From assembly GCA_965207675.1 (NCBI GenBank), contig CBDBMY010000008.1, positions 344,291 through 408,290 on the forward strand: a stretch of DNA of 64,000 bases. The letters are read 5' to 3'. Each line of letters opens with the position of its first letter. Position 1 is the first letter of the stretch. The notes below the pieces were generated by a model. The model saw nothing but the letters and a program-made list of their open reading frames with translations. It was not told the origin of the DNA and did no database searches. The DNA comes from Vicinamibacterales bacterium (lineage in GTDB: Bacteria > Acidobacteriota > Vicinamibacteria > Vicinamibacterales > UBA8438). Positions 55,301 to 63,237 of this stretch are shown in pieces. A program made the position numbers and the translations under genes.

Positions 55301-55694
55301 GGCGCATCTCGGGGTACTTCAGGTCGGCTCGGTTGGCGGGGGAGTCCTTCCGGAAGACCATCCGCCCGTCGTGGTTGGGCGGTTTGGCTCGGGGTTTCCG
55401 GTCGGACGCCGGCCGCGCCGGTCCGTCGGGCGTCATGCCGACGGCCTCTGTCGCCGCCCGCAATATCGTGCCGGTCAACTGCTCGCACTGCTCGATGGAG
55501 AGCATGAGCTTCCGGTCCCGCGCCCTCTTGCGGTCGATCTTCAGTACGCCTTCGGCCAGCTTGGAGACTTCGCCTATGTCGAGGTTCAGGATGCGCGCCA
55601 GCTGCTGGAGCGTCTTCGGCGTGCGGATGTCGATCCTTGGAATCCTGTCGTTCCTCATGTCGGGTCGAGTTCTCTCCGTGATGCCGGCTTCCAC
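52359..55694 (-). CDS. Large SF1 (UvrD/Rep-like) helicase with extra N-terminal domains and a ~400-aa helical C-terminal extension
   Basis: Walker A is IIGRPGSGKTT and Walker B/motif II is IVVDEVQDLT. Further motifs are LLMAGDAGQTV, EEHLRCPSRI, KGLEYQSVCVLD and VTLSRATETLVFID. The N-terminus has an HTH-like segment (TLQQLARILNLDIGEVSKLAEG) and GWRRSPLGGNNGMQYYLWW..AIVVRDVRHHDD. Confidence 0.85.
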   Translation of the reverse strand: MEAGITERTRPDMRNDRIPRIDIRTPKTLQQLARILNLDIGEVSKLAEGVLKIDRKRARDRKLMLSIEQCEQLTGTILRAATEAVGMTPDGPARPASDRKPRAKPPNHDGRMVFRKDSPANRADLKYPEMRHPLHVHPDISERLMGWTHLYRRLGIVLQHLAAHGRSTVVKGCANENKGWRRSPLGGNNGMQYYLWWTPASSPRAQGLQLPENAIVVRDVRHHDDHSPLATGPLGDYLHLATSDELIEDIAGSPWTREQIDFVDDQTPVRVIIGRPGSGKTTVLWKAVEARIDQRVLYLTWSSALTRHAEERFRSFAPVGVDIVARDFATFLGELRRADVPRQTLGESRKKFRDALTRLGRDAGPWARRPHALHAELRGFFFGRAAPGNTRDAGNGAIARLHDDAYAELRGDYEGVGEKAAKALLRVTQPLLRDRDRLTDIFPELAAATEAVDQLRQDQIPEGFESFDRIVVDEVQDLTLLETAVVVELCRAIGRARGYSPWLLMAGDAGQTVRPTSFEWAPLNDLLSRRVRRPAEFRLEEHLRCPSRIAEVVDRASEHYTVVDKEARPTRQHRQRSAEHVDAQLIHVHVPEAAEAVRLLEGLDDTGDVAVLSPRDDAPPWVPMELRPMVLTPAEAKGLEYQSVCVLDPGPVLSSLSPGNRAYGSDAELDQPATRTAIDHLRVTLSRATETLVFIDVMGSEADLRLSGALLGDPAPYSPDDLLDHLSHADASPEERVLARTSDARGLIDAAPHRAWQRACQAVRLLGDRELPNGVADQAVRDDARRTLLETAARLMVDGVPEGVPRNQITQMGYQAITGLEPGPLTPSRTAENQHERPNQPTLSGLEPGEEPEPPGEEQPQPRALTHMFQKQHARALDELDYWTANRDEIPPFALLEAVRRLRTLQTDGESWLRPALLSAAQTLRDGLTAGTADPDTALLFAKPDPGLVETWLRITGYAGDVQARAKALTAKAFDTVLSSGGHDEPAAERRSRLRDAESLLDKIRPDPVRLGRLREAQERPWEAAEAYERANRPRDVLRVLRNAGAWERAVELAEGEIRADLEWLLKLKALVAERPPRQNRRLRNGERDRLEKLLDEIQKRPPRKSAATAT

Positions 55695-55877
55695 GTTCCC
55701 CGAGGTGTGGACGTGGCTTATGCCCGTCGGGTACCTGTTCAGGCTGGGGCGACGAGCCGTCAGAGTACCACGCCTAAGTCAAAGAACGCCTCCCCGATGC
55801 AGGTGCCCTCGGCTCGAGCGATCTGTTCGCCTTGTCGCAGCTAGTGAACGGCGCCGCCGACGCTTCGCTGATGCCGG

Positions 55878-56297
55878 TCACGTCCCAGCCGGCAGCTCCC
55901 CGGCGTACCCCTCCGCCTGCAACTTCGTCAGGGCCTCCACTGCCTTGGCGGCCTGCCGTTCGGTCGGAGCGCTGCCGGCAGGATTGGCCGCGACCCCCAG
56001 TACTCCGACCTCCCTGGGAGTGAGCAGCTCCCGTTCCCTGCCCCACGCCAGCGCCTCCGCCCAGAAGGCAGGCCCAGCCCTGACGACCACGATTTGCGCC
56101 TCCACGCTCTTCAGCTCCCGCTGCTCGCGGCGGGCGTTTCGAGCTTCATCGCGACGGTCGGCGGTCGAGATCAGGCCGTCGAGGAACGGCTGAGGCCATG
56201 CGACCTCACGTTCGCTGACACGGTTCCAGCACGCCTGCTTCTTCGCCCACTCCGTGACGTTGCTGATCTGCGCATTCCGGTGAAACCGATCACCCAT
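55878..56297 (-). pseudogene. 3' part of an unknown gene whose 5' end is replaced by a 23-bp repeat array
   Basis: ..ISNVTEWAKKQACWNRVSEREVAWPQPFLDGLIS..WAEALAWGRERELLTPREVGVLGVAANPAGSAPTERQAAKAVEALTKLQAEGY. The first codons (MGDRFHRN) are encoded by the repeat itself. The tail is vaguely reminiscent of AIPR-type abortive-infection protein C-termini, but this is unverified. Confidence 0.4.
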
Positions 56298-56395
56298 TCC
56301 GGCCGAAACCGATCACCCGTTCCGGCCGAAACCGATCACCCGTTCCGGCCGAAACCGATCACCCGTTCCGGCCGAAACCGATCACCCGTTCGGAG
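56285..56395. repeat. Tandem 23-bp repeat, ~4.8 copies (ACCGATCACCCGTTCCGGCCGAA)
   Basis: Copies are at 56285, 56308, 56331, 56354 and 56377 (the last is partial). The core GATCACCCGTTCCGGCCGAAA resembles the GATCCACTTCGGCCGAAA repeats at 28476-28604. Confidence 0.9.
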
Positions 56396-56546
56396 CGAGG
56401 CGACGCGGGACCTGAATCATCAGTCGCGGTTCTCTCGGTTCGTCTCGCCGCCGGTCAGTGGGGTTATCGCATGGGCGACGATGTTGGCGCGATACCCGCC
56501 TGGGGCGCCCCCAGTTTTCTTGGACACGGATTAGGGGGAGAATCCG

Positions 56547-56984
56547 ATGTCACCAGGAGGTGGGGGTATGGTTCGGTCAAGGCGGGTGAAGGGAGCTGGG
56601 TCGGTGCCGACGGAGGGAGCCCGGAGGGCGACCGGAGTCGGCACCGACGCGGCGGCGATCGGGTCGGGGGGCTTGGCTCCCGGCCAGCGGTGGAGCGCGA
56701 GCCGGAAACGGGACGTGGTGTTGCGGCTGCTTTGTGGCGAGCCGCTCGACGCGGTTTCGCGTGAAGTCGGGGTCGAGGTCTATCGGCTGGAGCGGTGGAA
56801 GGCGCGGGCGCTGGCCGGTCTCGAGCTGGGTCTGAAGGAGCAGGCCGGTGAGCCGCTGGCCGCCGAGCTGGATGCGGCCAAGCGACACATCGGGGAGCTG
56901 TCGATGGAGAACGAGCTGTTGCGGTCGCGTGCCCGCGCAGCGGAGCGCCGCGTCCCTTTGGCGACGCGGAGGTCGCGACGATGA
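56547..56984 (+). CDS. IS3-family transposase OrfA (HTH and leucine zipper)
   Basis: Key segments are ..RKRDVVLRLLCGEPLDAVSREVGVEVYRLERWK.. and ..AAELDAAKRHIGELSMENELLR... An ATGA overlap links it to orfB. Confidence 0.8.
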   Translation: MSPGGGGMVRSRRVKGAGSVPTEGARRATGVGTDAAAIGSGGLAPGQRWSASRKRDVVLRLLCGEPLDAVSREVGVEVYRLERWKARALAGLELGLKEQAGEPLAAELDAAKRHIGELSMENELLRSRARAAERRVPLATRRSRR

Positions 56985-57880
56985 GCCAAACGACCTCCGC
57001 GACGACGGGACGGCGCTACGGGCTCGAGCGAGTGTGCCGAACGTGGGAGCGGTCACGCTCGGCGTTCTACGCGCGGCGGGCTCGCGTGCAGTGTTCAGCG
57101 TCGGCTGACAGTCCGCGCCGCCGCGGGCCGACGCCCGCGCTGTCGGATGCGCAGCTGCTGGCGGCCATTCACAGCGACTTGGCCCGCTCTCCGTTCCAGG
57201 GCGAGGGCCATCGCAAGGTCCACGCGCGGCTGCGGATCCTCGACGGGATCCGGGTCTCGCGGACACGGGTGTTGCGCGTGATGCGCGCGCAGGGCCTGCT
57301 CTCGCCGCATCGCGGGCGGCAGGGTGAGCCGCAGCGGCACGACGGCACGATTGTCACCTCGGCGCCCGACGTCATGTGGGGTACCGACGGCGTGCGGGTG
57401 TTGACCGTCGACGACGGCTGGGTCTGGACCTTCGCGGCCGTCGACCACTGGAACGCCGAGTGCGTGGGCTGGCACGTGTGCAAGGTGGGCAGCCGTTTCG
57501 CGGCCCTCGAGCCGGTCGCGCAAGGGCTCCGGCGACGCTGCGGCTCGGTCGAGGCCGACGTGGCCCGCGGGCTGGCGCTGCGGATGGACCACGGCAGCCA
57601 GTATCTGTCGGACCACTTCCTCAACCAGGTCCGCTACTGGGGCATCCGCCCCAGCTTCGGCTTCGTCGAAGAGCCGGAGACCAACGGGGTCGTCGAGCGC
57701 TGGAACCGCACGCTCAAGGAGCAAGCCGTCTACGGCCGGGTCTTTCGAAATCTCGCCGACGTGCACGCCGCCGTCGCCGAGTTCGTCGAGCGCTACAACC
57801 GGTGCTGGCGCCTCGAGAAGCTGGCTTATCGCACGCCCCTCGAGGCACGAGAGGAGTACGAGCTACGCCAAGCCGCATAG
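56981..57880 (+). CDS. IS3-family transposase OrfB (DDE integrase core)
   Basis: Key segments are ..PDVMWGTDGVRV..WVWTFAAVDHWNAECVGWHV.., RMDHGSQYLSDHF and PETNGVVERWNRTLKEQ. Confidence 0.9.
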   Translation: MSQTTSATTGRRYGLERVCRTWERSRSAFYARRARVQCSASADSPRRRGPTPALSDAQLLAAIHSDLARSPFQGEGHRKVHARLRILDGIRVSRTRVLRVMRAQGLLSPHRGRQGEPQRHDGTIVTSAPDVMWGTDGVRVLTVDDGWVWTFAAVDHWNAECVGWHVCKVGSRFAALEPVAQGLRRRCGSVEADVARGLALRMDHGSQYLSDHFLNQVRYWGIRPSFGFVEEPETNGVVERWNRTLKEQAVYGRVFRNLADVHAAVAEFVERYNRCWRLEKLAYRTPLEAREEYELRQAA

Positions 57881-58130
57881 CCCAAACTTGTGTCCAAGAA
57901 ACCGGGTGCGGTACACTCGTTCGAGAACCGCACAGTTTTCCCGGTCTGCACCTTGTGTACTTTATTCGATATCGGAATAAAGTACATTATCCCGATGTCC
58001 GGATTATGCCGATATCGGTTCTGACGCCCTCGTTGGAGTCAGATTCTGCGCTTGGATGATCGGCATAATCCTCGCGACTTGACGGGCGGAGAGCCTTCTC
58101 TTCAGTACCCCTGGAGGAGAGGAGGCCTTC

Positions 58131-59342
58131 ATGACCGATCCGTCACGCGTTCACGTTTCCGGCGCTCTCCAGCCGTTCGCCATCGGCTTCGCGTCCGAGC
58201 TCGCACGTCAGGGCTACCGGTCGGGCTCTCAGGCTCAGCAGTTGCGTCTGATGGCGCATGTGAGCCGCTGGCTTGGCTCGAACGACCTGGATGTCGCCGA
58301 TTTCCCCCGCCATGCGGAGCGGTTCCTCCAGGTCCGACGGGCTGCTGGCTACAGGTGCCTATGGACAAGCCGCGCGTTGCGTCCGTTGCTGATGCACCTG
58401 CAACGTCGCGGCGCGACGCCTCCAGGGCCGCCGCGGATCCCTTCCGGACCTGTGGACGAGGGCCTGGCACGGTACTCGCGGTACCTCATCGTCGAACGCG
58501 GCCTGAGCGGGCGCACCGTCGATGGTTACGTCCATGCGGTCCGTCCCTTTCTGCACCGCTGCATCTCCGCCGACGGCTTGGCGCTCGACATCGACCAGCT
58601 CACCGAAGCTGACGTGACCGCGTTCATGGTTGCCCGCTGCCGGGAGCAATCTCGCGGCGCCGCGCAACTGACCGCGACCGCCTTGCGCTCGCTGCTGCGG
58701 TTTCTCCATGTCACCGGGGCGACTACGGATTCACTGGCCGGGGCTGTCCCGTCGGTGGACAGCCGACGACTGGCAGGGTTGCCGTCACGTCTCGAGCCCG
58801 AGCACGTCCGACGACTGTTGGCCGCGTGCGATCGCCGCACGCTCGGCGGCAGCCGTGACTTCGCGGTCATCACCACGCTGGCCCGTCTCGGCCTGCGCGC
58901 AGCCGAAGTGGCGACCCTGCGCCTCGACGACGTGCACTGGCGAGTCGGTGAGCTCGTCGTGCACGGCAAGGGACGCCGGGCTGAGCGCGTGCCCCTTCCA
59001 TCCGACGTGGGCGCCGCGCTCGTTGCCTACCTCCATCGGCGCCCGGCCACTGCACAGGGCCGCACGCTCTTCGTACGTCTCGCCGCACCACATGTGCCGT
59101 TCAGTCCCACCGCGGTAGCGCATATCGTCGCCGGCACCGCCCAGCGGGCGGGACTCGATCACGTCAGCGCCCACCAATTGCGCCATTTCGCAGCGACGCA
59201 GTTGCTTCGCGCGGGCGCCCCGCTGTCCGAGATCCAAGACTTTCTGCGCCACGCCCGCATGCAGACCACCGCGATCTACGCGAAGGTCGACCGCGACGCC
59301 CTGCGCGCCATCGCCCGTCCGTGGCCGGGAGGTGTCGCATGA
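58131..59342 (+). CDS. Tyrosine recombinase, RIT subunit A-like
   Basis: Motifs are ARLGLRAAEVATLRLDDVHWRVGELVVHGKGRRAERVPLP, AHQLRHFAATQLL and MQTTAIYAKV. GGAGAGGAGG RBS is present. Confidence 0.9.
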   Translation: MTDPSRVHVSGALQPFAIGFASELARQGYRSGSQAQQLRLMAHVSRWLGSNDLDVADFPRHAERFLQVRRAAGYRCLWTSRALRPLLMHLQRRGATPPGPPRIPSGPVDEGLARYSRYLIVERGLSGRTVDGYVHAVRPFLHRCISADGLALDIDQLTEADVTAFMVARCREQSRGAAQLTATALRSLLRFLHVTGATTDSLAGAVPSVDSRRLAGLPSRLEPEHVRRLLAACDRRTLGGSRDFAVITTLARLGLRAAEVATLRLDDVHWRVGELVVHGKGRRAERVPLPSDVGAALVAYLHRRPATAQGRTLFVRLAAPHVPFSPTAVAHIVAGTAQRAGLDHVSAHQLRHFAATQLLRAGAPLSEIQDFLRHARMQTTAIYAKVDRDALRAIARPWPGGVA

Positions 59343-60265
59343 CCGCCCTGCGCCGCGCCCTGACCGACTACCTGGCAATGCGCCGGGCGATGGGCTCTCG
59401 CCTGGTGCGGGCGGAGAAGCTCCTCGCGCAGTTCCTGACCCATCTCGAAGAGCGGGGGCAGACCCGCCTGCGCATCGCGAACGCCGTCGCCTGGGCGACG
59501 GAACCGACCGGCGCGGACCCGAGCTGGTGGGGGCACCGCCTGGGCGTAGTCCGCGGCTTCGCGACCTATCTGCACACGATCGACCCGGCGACACAGATCC
59601 CGCCTCCGGATCTGCTGCCGACGCGATCCTTGCGCGCCACGCCCTACCCCTACACGGACGACGAGGTGGCGGCCGTGCTCGCCGCTGCCGCAGGCTTGCG
59701 CACGGCGCATCGGGTGGCGACGTATCGGACCCTGATCGGGCTGCTCGTCGTGACCGGGATGCGGGTCGGCGAAGCCATCGCGTTGGACCAGCAGGACTTC
59801 GACGCCGGGCAAGGCCTAGTCACCGTCCGCCGTGGCAAGTTCGGCAAATCCCGCGAGCTCCCCTTGCACCCGAACGCCACCGCCGCGGTCAGGCGATACC
59901 TCCAGCGCGGCGATCGGCCGACGACCCAGCAGCACACTGCCGCGCTGTTCGTATCCACCGCGGGCACCCGGCTGCTGTACTGCAATGTCCAGCGCACCTT
60001 CCGCTCGCTGGTGCGGCGGGCCGGCCTCGCGCCGCGCTCCGCGTCCTGTCGACCACGGCTGCACGACATCCGACATCGCTTCGCAGTATGCACCTTGCTC
60101 GACGCCTATCGGCAGGGCCACGATGCGGAAGCGCGGCTCGCGCTGCTCGCGACCTATCTCGGCCATGTCGACCCCAAGCACACCTACTGGTATCTGTCCG
60201 CGGCGCCGGAGCTGATGCAACTGGCCGCTGACCGCCTCGAACGTCATCAGGGAGGCAAGCGATGA
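59339..60265 (+). CDS. Tyrosine recombinase, RIT subunit B-like
   Basis: An ATGA overlap links it to the previous gene. Motifs are VTGMRVGEAIALDQQDFDAGQGLVTVRRGKFGKSRELPL, LHDIRHRFAVCTLL and LGHVDPKHTYWYL. Confidence 0.9.
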   Translation: MTALRRALTDYLAMRRAMGSRLVRAEKLLAQFLTHLEERGQTRLRIANAVAWATEPTGADPSWWGHRLGVVRGFATYLHTIDPATQIPPPDLLPTRSLRATPYPYTDDEVAAVLAAAAGLRTAHRVATYRTLIGLLVVTGMRVGEAIALDQQDFDAGQGLVTVRRGKFGKSRELPLHPNATAAVRRYLQRGDRPTTQQHTAALFVSTAGTRLLYCNVQRTFRSLVRRAGLAPRSASCRPRLHDIRHRFAVCTLLDAYRQGHDAEARLALLATYLGHVDPKHTYWYLSAAPELMQLAADRLERHQGGKR

Positions 60266-61251
60266 GCGCCCTCGCTCCCATCCTCGAGGCGTTCTTCACG
60301 GACCGACTGGTCCAGCAACGCCACGCCAGTCCCCACACCATCGCCGCCTACCGCGACGCGTGGCGGCTGCTGCTCCGCTTCGCCGCGGCCAACCTCACCA
60401 CAGCCCCCTCGAAGCTGAAGCTCTGCGATCTCGATGCGCCCCTCATCGGGCGGTTCCTGGAACACCTCGAGGGCGGCCGCGCAAACACCGTGCGTACTCG
60501 CAACGCGCGGCTATCGGCCATTCATGCCCTGTTCCGCTACGCCGCGTTGGAGCATCCCGATCACGCCGCCGTCATTGCTCGCGTCCTCGCGATTCCGCCG
60601 AAGCGCGGCCCGCGGGGGCTGGTGACTTTCCTGTCCGACGTGGAAATCGACGCCCTGCTCGCCGCCCCCGACCGCACCACGTGGACCGGCCGCCGCGACC
60701 ACACCCTCCTCGCGCTCGCGATCCAGACCGGGCTCCGCGCTTCCGAGCTCACCGGTCTGCGGCGTGCGGACCTTGACCTCGCGGGCGGTGCGCACGTCAA
60801 CTGCCTGGGGAAAGGCCGCAAGCAGCGAATCACGCCGCTCACCAGGGCGATGGTCGTCGCCCTGCGGACGTGGCTGGTCGAGCGTGCCGGCACACCGGAC
60901 GCACCGGTCTTTCCAACGCGGACCGGCCGCCCGCTCAGTCGAGACGCGCTGGCACAACGGCTCGCGACACACGTCGCCACCGCCACGGCCGCCTGTCCCT
61001 CCCTCCGAGAGAAGAACATCACCCCGCACACGCTACGCCACACCGCCGCCATGCGACTGCTGCACGCCGGGGTCGACACCACCGTCATCGCGCTCTGGCT
61101 CGGACACGAACACGTCGACACGACCAACATCTACATCCATGCCGACCTCGCCTTGAAGGAACGCGCACTGGCGAGGACCTCCCCCGCCGGCGTCCGGGCC
61201 GGCCGCTATCGCCCCCCGGACAGGCTCCTGGCCTTCCTGGAGGGTCTGTGA
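60262..61251 (+). CDS. Tyrosine recombinase, RIT subunit C-like
   Basis: An ATGA overlap links it to the previous gene. Motifs are QTGLRASELTGLRRADLDLAGGAHVNCLGKGRKQRITPL, PHTLRHTAAMRLLHAG and LGHEHVDTTNIYIHAD. Confidence 0.9.
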   Translation: MSALAPILEAFFTDRLVQQRHASPHTIAAYRDAWRLLLRFAAANLTTAPSKLKLCDLDAPLIGRFLEHLEGGRANTVRTRNARLSAIHALFRYAALEHPDHAAVIARVLAIPPKRGPRGLVTFLSDVEIDALLAAPDRTTWTGRRDHTLLALAIQTGLRASELTGLRRADLDLAGGAHVNCLGKGRKQRITPLTRAMVVALRTWLVERAGTPDAPVFPTRTGRPLSRDALAQRLATHVATATAACPSLREKNITPHTLRHTAAMRLLHAGVDTTVIALWLGHEHVDTTNIYIHADLALKERALARTSPAGVRAGRYRPPDRLLAFLEGL

Positions 61252-61334
61252 TTATGCCGATAGTCTCGGCGCGGGCGTCCGGTCTCGCAGGGACGCCCGC
61301 GCCGACATCGGCATAATCCGGACATCGGGATAAT

Positions 61335-62613
61335 GCTTTCGGCAAAGCCACTGGCGCAGCCGCCGCGTGGCGTGCTCGTCAATCGACGCGTAGGCCGGGC
61401 TGACCTGCCCCAGGGTGAAGTTAGTTCGCCCAGCCCGTCATCACACGGTTCAGGCGCGCCACCACAACCCCAGGCGGTAGCAGCAGGTCACGCGCCGTCG
61501 TCAGCTCGCTCAAACGACGGCAGATACTCCGGACGCTGTCCCGGCTCGGACGCGTGCCGATGTAGGCGGCACCCGTAGCCGGCCGGTAGTTGCGCCCAAT
61601 CCGGTAGCCGAGGAACGTCATCGGCTCCTCCGGCACCCGGCAGCATCGGGTCTTCTCGGCGTTCATCGGCAGCTTCAGACGCCGCATCAGGCTCTCGACC
61701 GGCGTCAGCATCTCTGCCGCCGGCGCTCGGCCGAGTACTGCGAAGTCGTCCGCGTAGTTGACGAACTCCGCCTCGAAGCGCCGGGCGTAGCCCAGCACCT
61801 TCCAGCCCAGGATGAAGCGACGCATGTAGATGTTGCTGAACAGCGGCGAAATCGGCGCCCCTGCGGGGTCCCCTTCCGCTCGCGACGCGCCCGGTTCGTA
61901 CGGCGGCGGCCGCCACGCCCGTCGTCCTCCTCCACCGCCATCTCCAGCCACGCCTTGACCCAGCCCAGCAGCCGCCCGTCGCTCACGCGGCGGGCGATGG
62001 ACCGGAGCAGGTCGGCGTGCGGGATTTGACCGAAGTAGTCCGACAAGTCGCCGTCTACCACCTCCCGGTGGCCCGTCGTCAGCAGCCGGTGCACGCGCCT
62101 GACCGCGTCATGCGCGTCCCGGCCCGGCCGGTAGGCGTATTGCTCCGGTTGCAGGTCGGCCTCGAAGATCGGCGACAACACCAGCATCGCCGCCGTCTGC
62201 GCCACCCGATCCCGGAGACACGGAATGCCCAACGGCCGGAACTTCCCGCGCTGCTTCTTCGGGATGAGGACCTGCCGAACCGCGCTCGGCCGGTAGGTCC
62301 CCGCCTTCAGGTCCCGCGCCAGCGCCCCCAGCCACCGGTCTACCCCGACCGACTCGATGTCCGCGACGGTCTCGCCATCCACCCCGGCCGCGCCGCCGTT
62401 GCGGCGGACGGCCTGCCAGGCGACCGCGAGCACGTCGTCGCGCCACACCTTGTCGCTCAACGAGTAGAACCGGAAGCCCGGAGCTCCCTTCGCTTTCGCA
62501 TGTGGCGCCGTCTGGAGTCGCTGAACCCGTTCTGAGGCGGTTAGGCTCTCGCCAGTCCCCACGTCCCTTCCTCCGTCATGCGCTGCTCTCGAACTGAGGC
62601 CCCTTCCCTCCAC
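61335..62613 (-). pseudogene. Group II intron reverse transcriptase/maturase with a 1-nt frameshift and a C-terminus interrupted by RIT2
   Basis: ..FRFYSLSDKVWRDDVLAVAWQAVRRNGGAAGVDGETV..RQVLIPKKQRGKFRPLGIPCLRDRVAQ..GDLSDYFGQIPH..KGTPQG is followed by a shift in a G-run near 61868 to APISPLFSNIYM..VNYADDFAVLG..LNRVMTGWANYF.. Confidence 0.85.
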
Positions 62614-63197
62614 CGGCGTTACCCGGCTTCCCCGGTACTACGGGCCTCTCCGCCACCCTGCTCGGCCCGACCTGACCCTCGCGGGCTGTCGGTTGGCGCG
62701 TGCCACGCCACCGCCAGGGCTTCCCGTGTTGCGTCCGTCCCCCTTTTCCGCACGTGCCGCCGCCATTACCCCGGCGGAACCGGTCGGTGCTCGCGTCGCT
62801 CGCTTCCCGACCGCTGGCAGCCTTCCCCGTCATATGGTCGGGTCGGCTTCCGCATCACTCGTTTCGAGGCCTGCTCAGCGTTCACTCGCGTTGCAGCCCG
62901 TGTGGTCGCTGAACCGCCCAAGGCGGCCCTTTGTCGTCGGAGTGCTTCAGCCGAGTCGTTGCCTCCATCGTCCGCTCCGACTGCTACCGGCTGGAGCGAC
63001 AGTTGCCGGGCGGGATTCGCACCCGCTGAGGAATGGCGCCTTTCACGGCGCACCATACGCCGCGTTATCCGACCCACCGCCACCCGCTGACGCCGCCTCA
63101 TCGATTGACTGCGGCCGGACACTCGTGTCCCGGGGGGGACGGTCGCGTAGAATTGGCCGATGCTGACCCCTGCGACCGAGGATGAACGGGAGCGCAC
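61335..63197 (-). mobile_element. Group II intron, 5' portion (ribozyme domains I-III and most of the IEP ORF)
   Basis: The minus strand starts GTGCGCTCCCGTTCATCC.. at 63197, the GUGCG 5' consensus. About 585 nt of structured, non-coding sequence lie upstream of a reverse transcriptase ORF. I did not identify the 3' end. Confidence 0.75.
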
Positions 63198-63237
63198 GGG
63201 GACGTTTTGTGATGTTGGCGTGTGGCAGTCGGACACG

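Larger units (their letters stand above)
56521..57897 (+). mobile_element. IS3-family insertion sequence
   Basis: orfA and orfB are bounded by TTGGACAC.. (56521) and ..GTGTCCAA (57890-57897) terminal inverted repeats. I could not identify a target duplication with confidence. Confidence 0.75.
57957..61334 (+). mobile_element. Recombinase-in-trio (RIT) element 2, inserted in the group II intron ORF
   Basis: Terminal inverted repeats are ATTATCCCGATGTCCGGATTATGCCGAT at 57986-58013 and its reverse complement at 61307-61334. Inner CGGCATAATC motifs are present. A left-end palindrome GTACTTTATTCGATATCGGAATAAAGTAC lies at 57957-57985. The intron-encoded protein frame continues across the element (..WLCRKH|KVQTGK..). 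Confidence 0.85.

Noticed and set aside
57898-57945. Hairpin ACCGGG-TGCGGT..ACCGCA..CCCGGT as group II intron domain V
   Set aside because: The stem geometry (a 7-nt asymmetric bulge and a GAAC loop) does not fit the 34-nt domain V consensus. The segment also continues the IEP reading frame (KVQTGKTVRFSNE), so it is more likely coding sequence.
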